64,000 nucleotides of DNA from Candidatus Aenigmatarchaeota archaeon (GTDB lineage: Archaea > Aenigmatarchaeota > Aenigmatarchaeia > CG10238-14 > SpSt-28): contig JAWBNO010000002.1 of assembly GCA_039000725.1 (NCBI GenBank), forward strand, positions 2,071-66,070. Direction: 5' to 3'. The position numbers and the translations under genes were made by a program. Below are positions 38,169 through 47,716 of the stretch, piece by piece (the stretch's first letter is position 1; each line of letters begins with the position of its first letter). The notes under the pieces are model-generated. The model was not told the DNA's origin, did not search any database, and worked only from the letters and a program-made list of their open reading frames with translations.

Positions 38169-38736
38169 TTTCTCCTTTGGTTATTCCAGTAGCAATTATG
38201 TGAGCTATTCTTAAAGGTTCTGGAATTTGTGCTCTTTTCAAAGAAAGCGTAATTATTTCTTCGGCCTCTTCATTCCCAATTCCAATATTTTGATAGTAAA
38301 TGTTGAATTTTTCCATTCCTAATTTTTTAATTTTTCCAGCTTTTAAAATAATACTCCATCTAATATTCCAATCATCGAAATGTTTAATTAAAGCAGATTT
38401 TATGCTTTTTAAGTCGGGATATTTCCTATTTATAACTATTACTGGTAATCCAGTTTTCTTATTTAAAACTTCAACATCAACAACATTAAATCCTCCAACA
38501 GTTAAGCCATCCAACATTATAACTTTTAATTGTTTTTTATGCCCACTTTTATTTATCATTTCAGTTAATTTTTTAGTAGCATCTAAACCATCTACTTTAA
38601 CTTTTGTAGAAAGCAAACCGTCTAAAAATTCTCCGCCCCTAAAAATAACCCCAACTACTAAGACAGTTTTTCTATTTCTATCAAAAGGGCCGTCATCAAT
38701 ACCTAAAATTCTAATTTCTTTCTTAATATTTTGCAT
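38152..38736 (-). CDS. DUF99/UPF0215-family protein
   Basis: RILGIDDGPF N-terminal signature and about 190 aa. Confidence 0.6.
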   Translation of the reverse strand: MQNIKKEIRILGIDDGPFDRNRKTVLVVGVIFRGGEFLDGLLSTKVKVDGLDATKKLTEMINKSGHKKQLKVIMLDGLTVGGFNVVDVEVLNKKTGLPVIVINRKYPDLKSIKSALIKHFDDWNIRWSIILKAGKIKKLGMEKFNIYYQNIGIGNEEAEEIITLSLKRAQIPEPLRIAHIIATGITKGESEGHA

Positions 38737-38742
38737 TAATTT

Positions 38743-40506
38743 TTAATTTGAAGCGATATTTATAAATGGCTTTTTAAAGCAATCTATTATTGTTTCTTCT
38801 CTTCTATTATTTCTCGAAAAGAATGGTAAAAGAAGAAATATAATTGGAAGAAGTAAAAATATCCAAATAAGAGAATTAGTTTCTTCTTGTGATATTTTGC
38901 CCTCTATATAAACCTTATTATATTCATTTCCATTAAATGTTATTTCTCTTTTTTCAATTTTTCTACAAAAACCCTCGCTACATTCATAACCTTCTCTGCA
39001 TTCTTTTCTACATAATCCTTCTTCTTTCCATCTTATACTAATTATTCTATAATCTTTACATTGAGAAATATCTGAAGCAAAACCAAAATAATCTCTAAAT
39101 TCTTCCTTCCTTAACATAATTCCGCCACCACATTCTGCATTTCCCGTTTCACAATAAGTTTGAGGAGTATAATACCAACCATCAAGAGAATCACAACTTA
39201 CCAATTTTATTTTTTTATCTAAGTATATTGTTTGTCTTACATCTTTTCCATATTCACAACTTATGTAAATAGTCTTAGGATTGTAATCTTCTTTTGAAAT
39301 AGTTAGAGCATATACACCTTTGGAAACATAGAAACTAGCTATTCCGCTATAATCTGTAAAATAGCATTTCGAATTGTAACATAATAGCGCATTACTAATA
39401 GGATAATTGTTTGAAGCATCTTTAACTTCTATTTTAACCATACAATTAACTTCTTTCATCTGACAAAAACCGCTTTCACAAACATATCCAGAAGGGCAAT
39501 TTTCTATTACAGTTTCCCATCCACTTCCATCGCTTTTACATATTTCATAAGCGACTTGAGTAGAACAGGCACATCTTCTATTTCTTATTTCTCCAGGGTT
39601 ACAGACTTTAATTTTTTCTGGTATACACTGACCATTTTCACAAACATATCCAGATGGACAAGTAGTATAACAATCTCCTATTGGTACCCATCTTTTTGCT
39701 AATACAGTATATGTGCAAGTTACACCAAAACAAGTATAATCTCTATATTCTTGCATTCTTTCTTTAATTCCATAACCACATTGATAACCATTCATATTAC
39801 ATCTAGTTATAGAAGTGTCATACCAGCCATCCTTTTCTTCTTTTTGAACAGGAGGTAAAACTCGAGATGCACATTCTCCTACTGGAATCCATCTGCGTTG
39901 AATAACAGTATATGTGCAAGTTACACCAAAACAAGTATAATCTCTATATTCCTGCATTCTTTCTAAAACGCCATTGTTACATCTAGTTATAGAAGTATCA
40001 TACCAACCATCCTTATTTAATACACACTTTCCATTTTCACAAACATATCCAGAAGGGCAATTTTCTATTACAGTTTCCCATCCAGTTCCATCGCTTTTAC
40101 ATATTTCATAAGCGACTTGGGTAGGACAAGCACATCTTCTATTTCTTATTTCTCCAGGGTTACAGACTTTAATTTTTTCTAGGCATATTTCTTCAAAAGT
40201 TGTTTTACTACATTCTATTGTAGTATATTTAGAAACTGATTTATAACCTTCTTTACTTACAGTTATCAAATATTGCCCTATTGGTAAGTTATAAAAATAC
40301 GCATAGCCTTGCGAATTAGTATAACTAGTAGGATCATTCACTCCAACTACTTCAACCCTAGCATTTTCTATTGGATTTCTACATCCGCATTCAATAACTC
40401 TTACTACTAAATTTCCATATTGTTGAGCATAAGAAGGTATAAAAACTATTGTTAGAAAAACAGCTACAAAAATAAAAACATTAATTTTTTCTATTTTCCG
40501 ATTCAT
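38743..40506 (-). CDS. Cys-rich surface protein with signal peptide, two CarboxypepD_reg-like beta-sandwich domains, duplicated Cys modules and a C-terminal TM anchor
   Basis: Signal peptide ending in ...SYA. Blocks VRVIECGC...ITVSKEGY and KIEVKDAS...LTISKEDY. Duplicated modules KIKVCNPGEIRNRRCAC... and DGWYDTSITRCN...RDYTCFGVTCTYTV. C-terminal LIWIFLLLPIIFLLLPFF. Confidence 0.6.
   Translation of the reverse strand: MNRKIEKINVFIFVAVFLTIVFIPSYAQQYGNLVVRVIECGCRNPIENARVEVVGVNDPTSYTNSQGYAYFYNLPIGQYLITVSKEGYKSVSKYTTIECSKTTFEEICLEKIKVCNPGEIRNRRCACPTQVAYEICKSDGTGWETVIENCPSGYVCENGKCVLNKDGWYDTSITRCNNGVLERMQEYRDYTCFGVTCTYTVIQRRWIPVGECASRVLPPVQKEEKDGWYDTSITRCNMNGYQCGYGIKERMQEYRDYTCFGVTCTYTVLAKRWVPIGDCYTTCPSGYVCENGQCIPEKIKVCNPGEIRNRRCACSTQVAYEICKSDGSGWETVIENCPSGYVCESGFCQMKEVNCMVKIEVKDASNNYPISNALLCYNSKCYFTDYSGIASFYVSKGVYALTISKEDYNPKTIYISCEYGKDVRQTIYLDKKIKLVSCDSLDGWYYTPQTYCETGNAECGGGIMLRKEEFRDYFGFASDISQCKDYRIISIRWKEEGLCRKECREGYECSEGFCRKIEKREITFNGNEYNKVYIEGKISQEETNSLIWIFLLLPIIFLLLPFFSRNNRREETIIDCFKKPFINIASN
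39476..39619. repeat. intragenic DNA repeat, copy B (pairs with 40037..40180)
   Basis: About 144 nt, identical to copy A apart from a handful of mismatches by eye. Offset 561 nt. Confidence 0.85.
40037..40180. repeat. intragenic DNA repeat, copy A
   Basis: See copy B. Shared string tcacaaacatatccagaagggcaattttctattacagtttcccatcca... Confidence 0.85.
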
Positions 40507-40567
40507 AATTTAAAAATCGATAGAAAAAGATTTAAGATTTTCATTTTTGTTTGAAAAATATATTTAT

Positions 40568-40642
40568 GCCCCCGTAGCTCAGTTTGGATAGAGCGGCACC
40601 CTCCTAAGGTGACGGTCGCGGGTTCAAATCCCGCCGGGGGCG
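40568..40642 (+). tRNA. tRNA-Arg (CCU)
   Basis: Cloverleaf: GCCCCCG/CGGGGGC acceptor, GCUC/GAGC D stem, loop CUCCUAA, T arm GCGGG-UUCAAAU-CCCGC. No intron and no encoded CCA. Confidence 0.9.
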
Positions 40643-40679
40643 AAAAATCTATCTATAATCATAATAGAGATAAAAAAAT

Positions 40680-43600
40680 CTAAGAAATAAAATCTATAAC
40701 TACCAACTTTAGATTTTTCGGATCAAATTCTTCTAGCTTTATTTTTTCTTCTTTGATAGGAATATCCCTAACAAAATTTTGTAATTTTTCTACAAATTTT
40801 TCAAAATTTTTCTCTTTTTTATATTCTTTCCAAACTTTTCTCAATTCTCTTTTTCTTACTTTGGTAAGAGAGATACTTCTCAATTTTTCTCTTATTTCTT
40901 TTAGTTTATCTAATATTTGAGAACTATCTTGTCCTTCTATAGCAATATCTATTTCTCTTATTATCTTATCTCTTACTGTATCTGGTCTACTTTCGAGTAA
41001 TTTTTGTTGAATCTCCATATAAGTTTTCTTAATATCTTCAATAACCATTTTGTTTATTTCGTAAACCTGATTGAAAAAGTCCGGTATTACTGTTTTTTCG
41101 TTTGGAGAACAAGATATATGTTTTATTATTTCAATCTTATTTTTTATGAATTTTTTATTATTTAAATCGTATAAATACCAAAAGTCATACTCATTTTTAT
41201 ACTTGTAATAAAAGAAAATTCCGGTTAACATATTTTTCTTTAGTCCGCTATGTATGCCGAAGGGTATCCTTTCTATAGCTTCTATTCCCATTTTGTTAAT
41301 AAACTCTCTTAATGGCTGATAAATTAATTCTCCCCCACCAAAACTATCTTCCTCTAATTCTTCTAACACTTTAGTATCTTTCTTCACAATTCTTCTAATA
41401 ATACCAAAAACTTTGGGGTTTATTTTTTCACCTAAGATCTTTTGATCTAAACCTATTGATTCATCTATATTTCTAATTTTTTCTTGCAATATTTCAACTA
41501 ACCTTAGCAATTCCTCAAGCTCTTTGTCAGGAAAAACGTTGAATATAAATATTTCATCATATGGAGATCCTATACGATCTATTCTTCCAGCTCTCTGTAT
41601 CATTCTAACAGGGTTCCAATGTAAGTCATAATTAATAATTATTTTTCCTGCTTGTAAATTCATTCCTTCTGATAAAACATCAGTGCTAATTAATATGTGA
41701 ATATTTTTATTTAAGAATTCTTTTCTTATTTCTTCTCTTTCGGCAATATTAGTGCTTCCACTTATTTTTTCTATTCTTAACTCTAATTTCTTGAACTCTT
41801 CAGAGTTAATAAGCTGATTATATATATAATTCAAAGAATCTTCATAATAAGTAAATATTATTATTGGTCCCTCTTTATGCAGCTTCAAGAGATATTCTTT
41901 CACTTTATTCAATTTTTCATCTTTTGATGGATCTATTTCTTCAACTTTCTTGAGAATTTTTTCAAGATATTTAATATCACTCTCTATATCTTTGAACAAT
42001 TTTTCTTTGTCATATTCCTCCAAATTTATATCTTTTAAATAATTTTTCATTTCTTCTTCTTCGAAGTCAGCTAATTCTTCATCGGCTTTCATTATGTACT
42101 TTTCTATTATCTTATTGTAGTCTTTTTTTAAGATATACTTTCCATTTTCGAGATAATTTCTTAAAATTGATAGGAAGTCTATTTGCTTCTTTATACTAAT
42201 TCTAAATGCTTCTACACTACTTTCAAATCTTTTCAAGAATATAGTCTTAAGTATTCCCGTTAATGCATCCATCCTTCTTAATTCTTCTTCCTCCTCTTTC
42301 GTCCTTCCTCCTTTTTTGTATTCCAGAATTTTATAACAAGCCATTGTAAGTTTTTCAGTTATTATATTTGCTATTTCTTTAAACATTCCCCTATAAGTTT
42401 CATCTAAGCTATATGTTATATTTTCTAAATTTCTTTTTGGAAACTTTATTGGTTTTCCATTTATTGTAGCATTGGGATAGTTTTTTATTATATAATCTCT
42501 GGTTCTTCGAATTGATATTTCATTTAATAATTCGCCTAATAGTGAAGGTTCATCTTTCTTTTCAACTTCTTTGAAAAATTTAAAAAGACTAGTAATATTC
42601 TCTTTCATAAAAGCATTGTCTCTCATACCAACTAACAAAGCTATCTGCCAATAAAGATCCCAAATTGTGTTATTGATTGGAGTTGCAGTTAGGAAGACTA
42701 TTTTTGGTGACCCACCATCCTTTACTATAGTTTCATATAATTTGAAAAAGTTTTCCCATTTTTTGGAGTAAGGATTTCTAAAATTATGACTTTCATCTAC
42801 GACTATTAATTGAATGTCTCCAATTTTGTTTTTTCCAATAGCTTTCTTTACTCTTTCTAGAAAATCAGATAGAGATAATTCCTCATGAGATATGATATTT
42901 TCAGCCAATACTAAATCTTTAAGTTCTTCTATCCATAAACTTTCTCTAAGTTGCGCAGGACAAATTACCAAATAAGGTTTTCTTTTATAAAATCCAAAAT
43001 CTTCAATTAATTTTTTCGCAATCCACGTCTTACCTAGTCCAACAGAATCCGCTATAAGTACACCACCATATTTATTTAATCTAGAATATATTCTAGGTAT
43101 TGCGTCCTCTTGAAATTCCGTTAGTTCCACCTTAGATGGTATTTTGTATTTATCTTCTTGATCTTTCGTCCTAATTTCATTTTTTTGAAGCTCATATATT
43201 GCCTTTATAAATACTTCGTATGGCGTATATACTTTACTACCAAATCTTGATATTTCCAACTCTTCAATCAACTTATTTTTAAAGTCTTCAGATTTTTCCC
43301 AGAATTTCTCAAACCACTCTTTTCTTGCATATTCAGCATAGGATTTTCTTGAAACAGAATTTAATTCGCCTTCTCTTGTTAACCCAGCTTGTGTAAAATT
43401 TGAAGAACCAATTATAACTAAATCATCAAAAATTATTGCTTTCCCATGAAGAAAACCTTTAAACAACCTTATTTCAACATTATCCTTTTTAAGAAACTCT
43501 ATAAAACTCTTTACACCACTTTCATTCTCTATCGTTAGCTCAAAATTTTCTACTTCTTCTTTAATCATTTTTAATAGTTCTTCACCCAACGTAGTTTCTT

Positions 43601-43811
43601 CTTTAGTTAATTCTATTGGTTTTCCTAAAAGTAATCTAAATCTTTTAACATTTTTAAGATAATCTTTAACCATCATGAAAGCCTTTATATCAAAATATGG
43701 TGTTGCTATATCTATGCTAGTTTCTGGTTTCTCTTTAAGATAACTGATTATATAATCTGATAACTTGTTATTTTCACTATTATCTATTATTTCTTTTTCA
43801 TAAATATTCAT
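40680..43811 (-). CDS. PLD-family nuclease domain fused to SNF2-family ATPase/helicase
   Basis: Single HKD motif LHGKAIIFDDLVIIGSSNF near the N-terminus. SNF2 motifs ADSVGLGKT, VVDESHNFRN, LTATPINN, STDVLSEGMNLQ, WNPVRMIQRAGRIDRIGS. Confidence 0.85.
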   Translation of the reverse strand: MNIYEKEIIDNSENNKLSDYIISYLKEKPETSIDIATPYFDIKAFMMVKDYLKNVKRFRLLLGKPIELTKEETTLGEELLKMIKEEVENFELTIENESGVKSFIEFLKKDNVEIRLFKGFLHGKAIIFDDLVIIGSSNFTQAGLTREGELNSVSRKSYAEYARKEWFEKFWEKSEDFKNKLIEELEISRFGSKVYTPYEVFIKAIYELQKNEIRTKDQEDKYKIPSKVELTEFQEDAIPRIYSRLNKYGGVLIADSVGLGKTWIAKKLIEDFGFYKRKPYLVICPAQLRESLWIEELKDLVLAENIISHEELSLSDFLERVKKAIGKNKIGDIQLIVVDESHNFRNPYSKKWENFFKLYETIVKDGGSPKIVFLTATPINNTIWDLYWQIALLVGMRDNAFMKENITSLFKFFKEVEKKDEPSLLGELLNEISIRRTRDYIIKNYPNATINGKPIKFPKRNLENITYSLDETYRGMFKEIANIITEKLTMACYKILEYKKGGRTKEEEEELRRMDALTGILKTIFLKRFESSVEAFRISIKKQIDFLSILRNYLENGKYILKKDYNKIIEKYIMKADEELADFEEEEMKNYLKDINLEEYDKEKLFKDIESDIKYLEKILKKVEEIDPSKDEKLNKVKEYLLKLHKEGPIIIFTYYEDSLNYIYNQLINSEEFKKLELRIEKISGSTNIAEREEIRKEFLNKNIHILISTDVLSEGMNLQAGKIIINYDLHWNPVRMIQRAGRIDRIGSPYDEIFIFNVFPDKELEELLRLVEILQEKIRNIDESIGLDQKILGEKINPKVFGIIRRIVKKDTKVLEELEEDSFGGGELIYQPLREFINKMGIEAIERIPFGIHSGLKKNMLTGIFFYYKYKNEYDFWYLYDLNNKKFIKNKIEIIKHISCSPNEKTVIPDFFNQVYEINKMVIEDIKKTYMEIQQKLLESRPDTVRDKIIREIDIAIEGQDSSQILDKLKEIREKLRSISLTKVRKRELRKVWKEYKKEKNFEKFVEKLQNFVRDIPIKEEKIKLEEFDPKNLKLVVIDFIS

Positions 43812-43884
43812 AAGAAAATTATAATTTCCATCATATTTAAGTTTCCATCAGATTACCATTCAGCTATCTAAAAATTTAACATCT

Positions 43885-46800
43885 TTATTCGAGTTTTTTC
43901 TTTTTTAGACTTTTTGCTTTCTCTAATCTACTTTTTACTAACTCTGCAACAGCCCAATAAACCTCTTTTCTTTCTTCTTCCGTTAATCCCAAAGCATCAA
44001 AAACTATATCATCTAAAGCCTTTCTATCTGGAAGTGGATTTGGTTCTTGCTCACGAACAGATTGCTTAGAATTGATACCAAATTCAATAAAAACTGGCAA
44101 TCTCTCCATTATGGTAAGTTTATTTTTGATTTTTTGACAAAGTTCTTTAAGTAGAAATTCGTCAAAAACAAAAATTTCTTCTAATTCATAAGTTTGTAAT
44201 TTGTATATACCTACCATAGCTCTACTTATAATTTCGAATTGTAAATAACCTATAGGAGTGTTTAGAAACCACCATAGTGCATATTTGATACTTTTTTCGG
44301 TATATATACAATGCATATCGTCCGAATTATATATTTCCAAATCATTTAAAATTTTCTGAAGATTTTCTCCAACAATATAGGGAAATATAATATCTGCAGG
44401 ATTAATACTTGGTAAAGAATACCAATACTTTCTATTTAAACATGTAGGCCTTTTATGATATCCTTGTTTTTCCCCCCATTTTATATACTCTAGGGCTCTC
44501 GTTCCCTTCAACTCTTCTTTTGATTTATTGCACATGAAAACAAGATAATGTAAATCTTCAAGTCTTACAATTATTGTTTTCAATTCTCTTGGACTTTTAA
44601 TTACTGGTTTTAAGAATTTTGCTTCAATTTCTCCTTCCCATCCAGCACCGTTTCTAACTCTAATTAAAGTATCTGGATTTTTTTCTGCAATTTCTACAAC
44701 TTCTTTTACAGTCTTTCCAACAGGCTTAAGATAAAAGAATTCATTAGCACCTGTTGTAAATCCACGCCTTACTTCAGCAATGTCCCCCAATCTTACTAAT
44801 TTATCTTTTCCTTTCTCTAAGATTTTCCAGTAAATCTTTGGTGCTCTTAAATATTTTCCACCCCACTTATTACCAACATAATTACCTTCTTTAAATTTAC
44901 CTTTACTTTTATCATAACCTTCTGGATATTCCCAACCATCTTCTAGCAAATCTTCTTGATATATCGAAAAAACTTTATAATTTTCATTCTCTTCTATATT
45001 GTTCACTAAATCATATATTTTTCCACCTTTTACTTTCGGCTTTATTTTTTCTATTTCTATAAGAATTTTAGAATTCATAATATTTTCAAAGGGTTTTTTA
45101 AACACCACAAATTTTGCAAAGTTATTTAATGCCGGCCATTTAAAACTAGAAAATTTGTTTTTCGCCTCAGGATATGGTGCTCCAAATAAGGCTATTATCG
45201 TATTTATATCTGCGTGCTCAAAAGATCTTGTTGGGTAATCATAAATAGCAATTATCGGAACATATTTCAATAGAAACTCTTGCAAATTTTTACCAAATTC
45301 TACATCTAGCCACGAATTTGAAGTTATGAAACAAAAAACACCCTTTTCGTTTAATAAAGATAAGCAATAAAAGTAAAAGTAAACATAATAATCACTCTTT
45401 TTATCTATTTTTTCTACCACTGGAAATCTAGAGTTTACGGCTCTAAATAATTTTTCCTTATACTCTCTCTTATCTTCTAAGGTTACCTTGGACTTGATTT
45501 TAGTTGGAGGAGAAATATTTTCTTGTCTAACATAAGGTGGATTTCCTATGACTATATCGAACCCTCCTTTAGTGCTAAAAATTTCAGCAAAATCTATTTC
45601 CCAAACAAATGGTTTAAATTCAGGATGTATTAATGCATCTTTTAGTTTAATTCTCAATTCCTCTAATTTATTTATTTCCGACGAATTTATTTCAATCTCC
45701 TCTCTAACTTTCTTAATTTTTTCTTCTGGAACCTTTACTATTCTTCCGAGCAAATCTTTCTGTATACCTTTTTCCATTTTTTTAAGCTCTTCTTTAAGTT
45801 TTTCTGTGCTTTCTCTTAAACTTGATAATCGTTCATCAATTATTTCTTCAAATAGTCTTATTTCCTCAGCGAAAATATCTTCTTTACTTTGAAACTTTGT
45901 TTTTAAATTGTTGTAATAGTTCTCCTTTTCTTTTTTTAAGTCATAAAGCTTCTTTTTTAATTTTTCCGATAACTGTCTATTTTTTAAATCAAAAATAATA
46001 CCATCTATTTCTTGTACTATAGAATCTCCTACACGCAAATTAAACTCAAAATTTGGTAACAAAGGCTTTTCTTTCAATTGCTCTGGAGTAAATTCTTCTT
46101 CTATAATTAGCTGAAGCCATAATCTTAATTCAGCAGCACGAATGGCCCAAGGCATTACATCAACTCCATATAAAGACCTCCCTATAATAGAGCTCTTTAA
46201 GTTAAAAGCATTCCATTTCCTGTTTAAGTTTTTATAAACTATCTTATAGAGTTCGAATAACACATTCATCATTCCGACTAGAAAACTACCAGAACCGCAA
46301 GCAGGATCAACTACGGTAAGATTATCTAGAGCTTCTTCTATTTTCCTCCAAGCATTGATTTCTGTAAGGAATTTCTCAACATTTTCTTTTTCCTCATCGA
46401 AAACAAATTCATAAATTTTTTCTTTAGGAATATCTGGAAGTTGTTTAGAGAGATATTCTACTAAAGCTCTTCTACACATAAAGTCAATTTCAATACGAGG
46501 GGTGTAAAAAATACCTAAATCTTTTCTATCGTAAATTTCTTCGGCAACTTGTGCTAGAGATTCATAAACATAACCTATCATTACCGGATCAACAGCTACT
46601 TCTTGGTCAAACGGCATGTCTTCTCTTATGGTAAAATTATATTTGTTAAAAAAATCAAAAATTTCCGAAAACAGACTGTCTTCTATTTTGACTTCTAATT
46701 TATCAAGTCTGTTTTCTTGAAATAAACCACCATTTAGATAGGGAAATCCCATAAAAATTTTTACCCAATATTCTGGCATGTTTGTTATTTCGTTTTGTCT

Positions 46801-47637
46801 GTTGTTGAAAGCCTTGAAAAATAGATTTTTCAACCAAATACTATAAAAAGTATTTTCTTGCGTATTGCGTTTTTTAACTTCCTCTTTATAACTATTCCAG
46901 AAGGTTCTCATGAACTTTTTGTCATTATTTAGCCATCCTTTTTTTGCTAAAAAATATATAAACATTATTCTGTTTAAAAGTTGTAAGGCGAATTCGTGTG
47001 AATCCGCTTTACTTACTTTTTGATTTTCTAGATTATCTCTAATTTTGAAGAATATCCTTTTATAATTTTCAAAGAATTCTTCTGTTACTCTTTCTACACT
47101 AAAAGCCTCTTTCCATTTCTTATAAACATCTACCCAACTTTTTTCACTACCGTCATAATAAAGGTTTGATAAAAGCTCTACTGCTGTATAGTATGGATCG
47201 TCTCTTTGCAAGAATAGTTTAGTTGTTTTTAGTTTGTATTTTCCTATTTCAATTTTCTCTAACTCGGGAAAAACAAAAATAAAAGTATAATAATCAGAAT
47301 TACTAAAAATTAAAATAAATTTAGAATCTGGATATTTGTTGGAAAAACTCTTAGTTATTTCTCTAATTAATGCTGAAGAAAAATGAACTTTTTTGTTAAG
47401 CTCAACTAAAAAAACAAACAAATCTCTATCAAAATGTAAAACAGTATATATTTTATTTATTTTTTCTTTAACATCTTCTTTAATTTCGAAATCTTCCAAC
47501 TTTCTAGTGTATTGGGTGTTTAATAATACGTCATTTGGATAATTTAATAACTTAAATAACTCATAGATAGAATCTGGAGAATTGATAGTTTTTATGAATT
47601 CTCCTATTTTATTTCTTAATTCTGTTAAATTTTTCAT
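43885..47637 (-). CDS. large gamma-class N6-adenine DNA methyltransferase with C-terminal specificity-like region (Eco57I / PglX / DrmMI-like)
   Basis: LNRIMFIYFLAKKGWL and PYLNGGLF N-terminal blocks, SAM motif DPACGSGSFL, NPPY motif VIGNPPYVRQE, and a coiled-coil insert between them. 1250 aa. Confidence 0.8.
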   Translation of the reverse strand: MKNLTELRNKIGEFIKTINSPDSIYELFKLLNYPNDVLLNTQYTRKLEDFEIKEDVKEKINKIYTVLHFDRDLFVFLVELNKKVHFSSALIREITKSFSNKYPDSKFILIFSNSDYYTFIFVFPELEKIEIGKYKLKTTKLFLQRDDPYYTAVELLSNLYYDGSEKSWVDVYKKWKEAFSVERVTEEFFENYKRIFFKIRDNLENQKVSKADSHEFALQLLNRIMFIYFLAKKGWLNNDKKFMRTFWNSYKEEVKKRNTQENTFYSIWLKNLFFKAFNNRQNEITNMPEYWVKIFMGFPYLNGGLFQENRLDKLEVKIEDSLFSEIFDFFNKYNFTIREDMPFDQEVAVDPVMIGYVYESLAQVAEEIYDRKDLGIFYTPRIEIDFMCRRALVEYLSKQLPDIPKEKIYEFVFDEEKENVEKFLTEINAWRKIEEALDNLTVVDPACGSGSFLVGMMNVLFELYKIVYKNLNRKWNAFNLKSSIIGRSLYGVDVMPWAIRAAELRLWLQLIIEEEFTPEQLKEKPLLPNFEFNLRVGDSIVQEIDGIIFDLKNRQLSEKLKKKLYDLKKEKENYYNNLKTKFQSKEDIFAEEIRLFEEIIDERLSSLRESTEKLKEELKKMEKGIQKDLLGRIVKVPEEKIKKVREEIEINSSEINKLEELRIKLKDALIHPEFKPFVWEIDFAEIFSTKGGFDIVIGNPPYVRQENISPPTKIKSKVTLEDKREYKEKLFRAVNSRFPVVEKIDKKSDYYVYFYFYCLSLLNEKGVFCFITSNSWLDVEFGKNLQEFLLKYVPIIAIYDYPTRSFEHADINTIIALFGAPYPEAKNKFSSFKWPALNNFAKFVVFKKPFENIMNSKILIEIEKIKPKVKGGKIYDLVNNIEENENYKVFSIYQEDLLEDGWEYPEGYDKSKGKFKEGNYVGNKWGGKYLRAPKIYWKILEKGKDKLVRLGDIAEVRRGFTTGANEFFYLKPVGKTVKEVVEIAEKNPDTLIRVRNGAGWEGEIEAKFLKPVIKSPRELKTIIVRLEDLHYLVFMCNKSKEELKGTRALEYIKWGEKQGYHKRPTCLNRKYWYSLPSINPADIIFPYIVGENLQKILNDLEIYNSDDMHCIYTEKSIKYALWWFLNTPIGYLQFEIISRAMVGIYKLQTYELEEIFVFDEFLLKELCQKIKNKLTIMERLPVFIEFGINSKQSVREQEPNPLPDRKALDDIVFDALGLTEEERKEVYWAVAELVKSRLEKAKSLKKKKLE

Positions 47638-47716
47638 AATATATTATGTTTCTTACTGATGATTTTTATTTTTTAGTGCATATCTATTAGAGTGCATTGA
47701 TTGGTAAATTTTCAAA

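Noticed and set aside
44000-47637. A possible PD-(D/E)xK nuclease motif in the N-terminus of the 1250-aa methyltransferase (FDRDLFVFLVELNKK).
   Set aside because: The spacing is E-x-x-K rather than E-x-K, and I cannot verify the fold by eye. It is left as an open question under the island finding rather than called.
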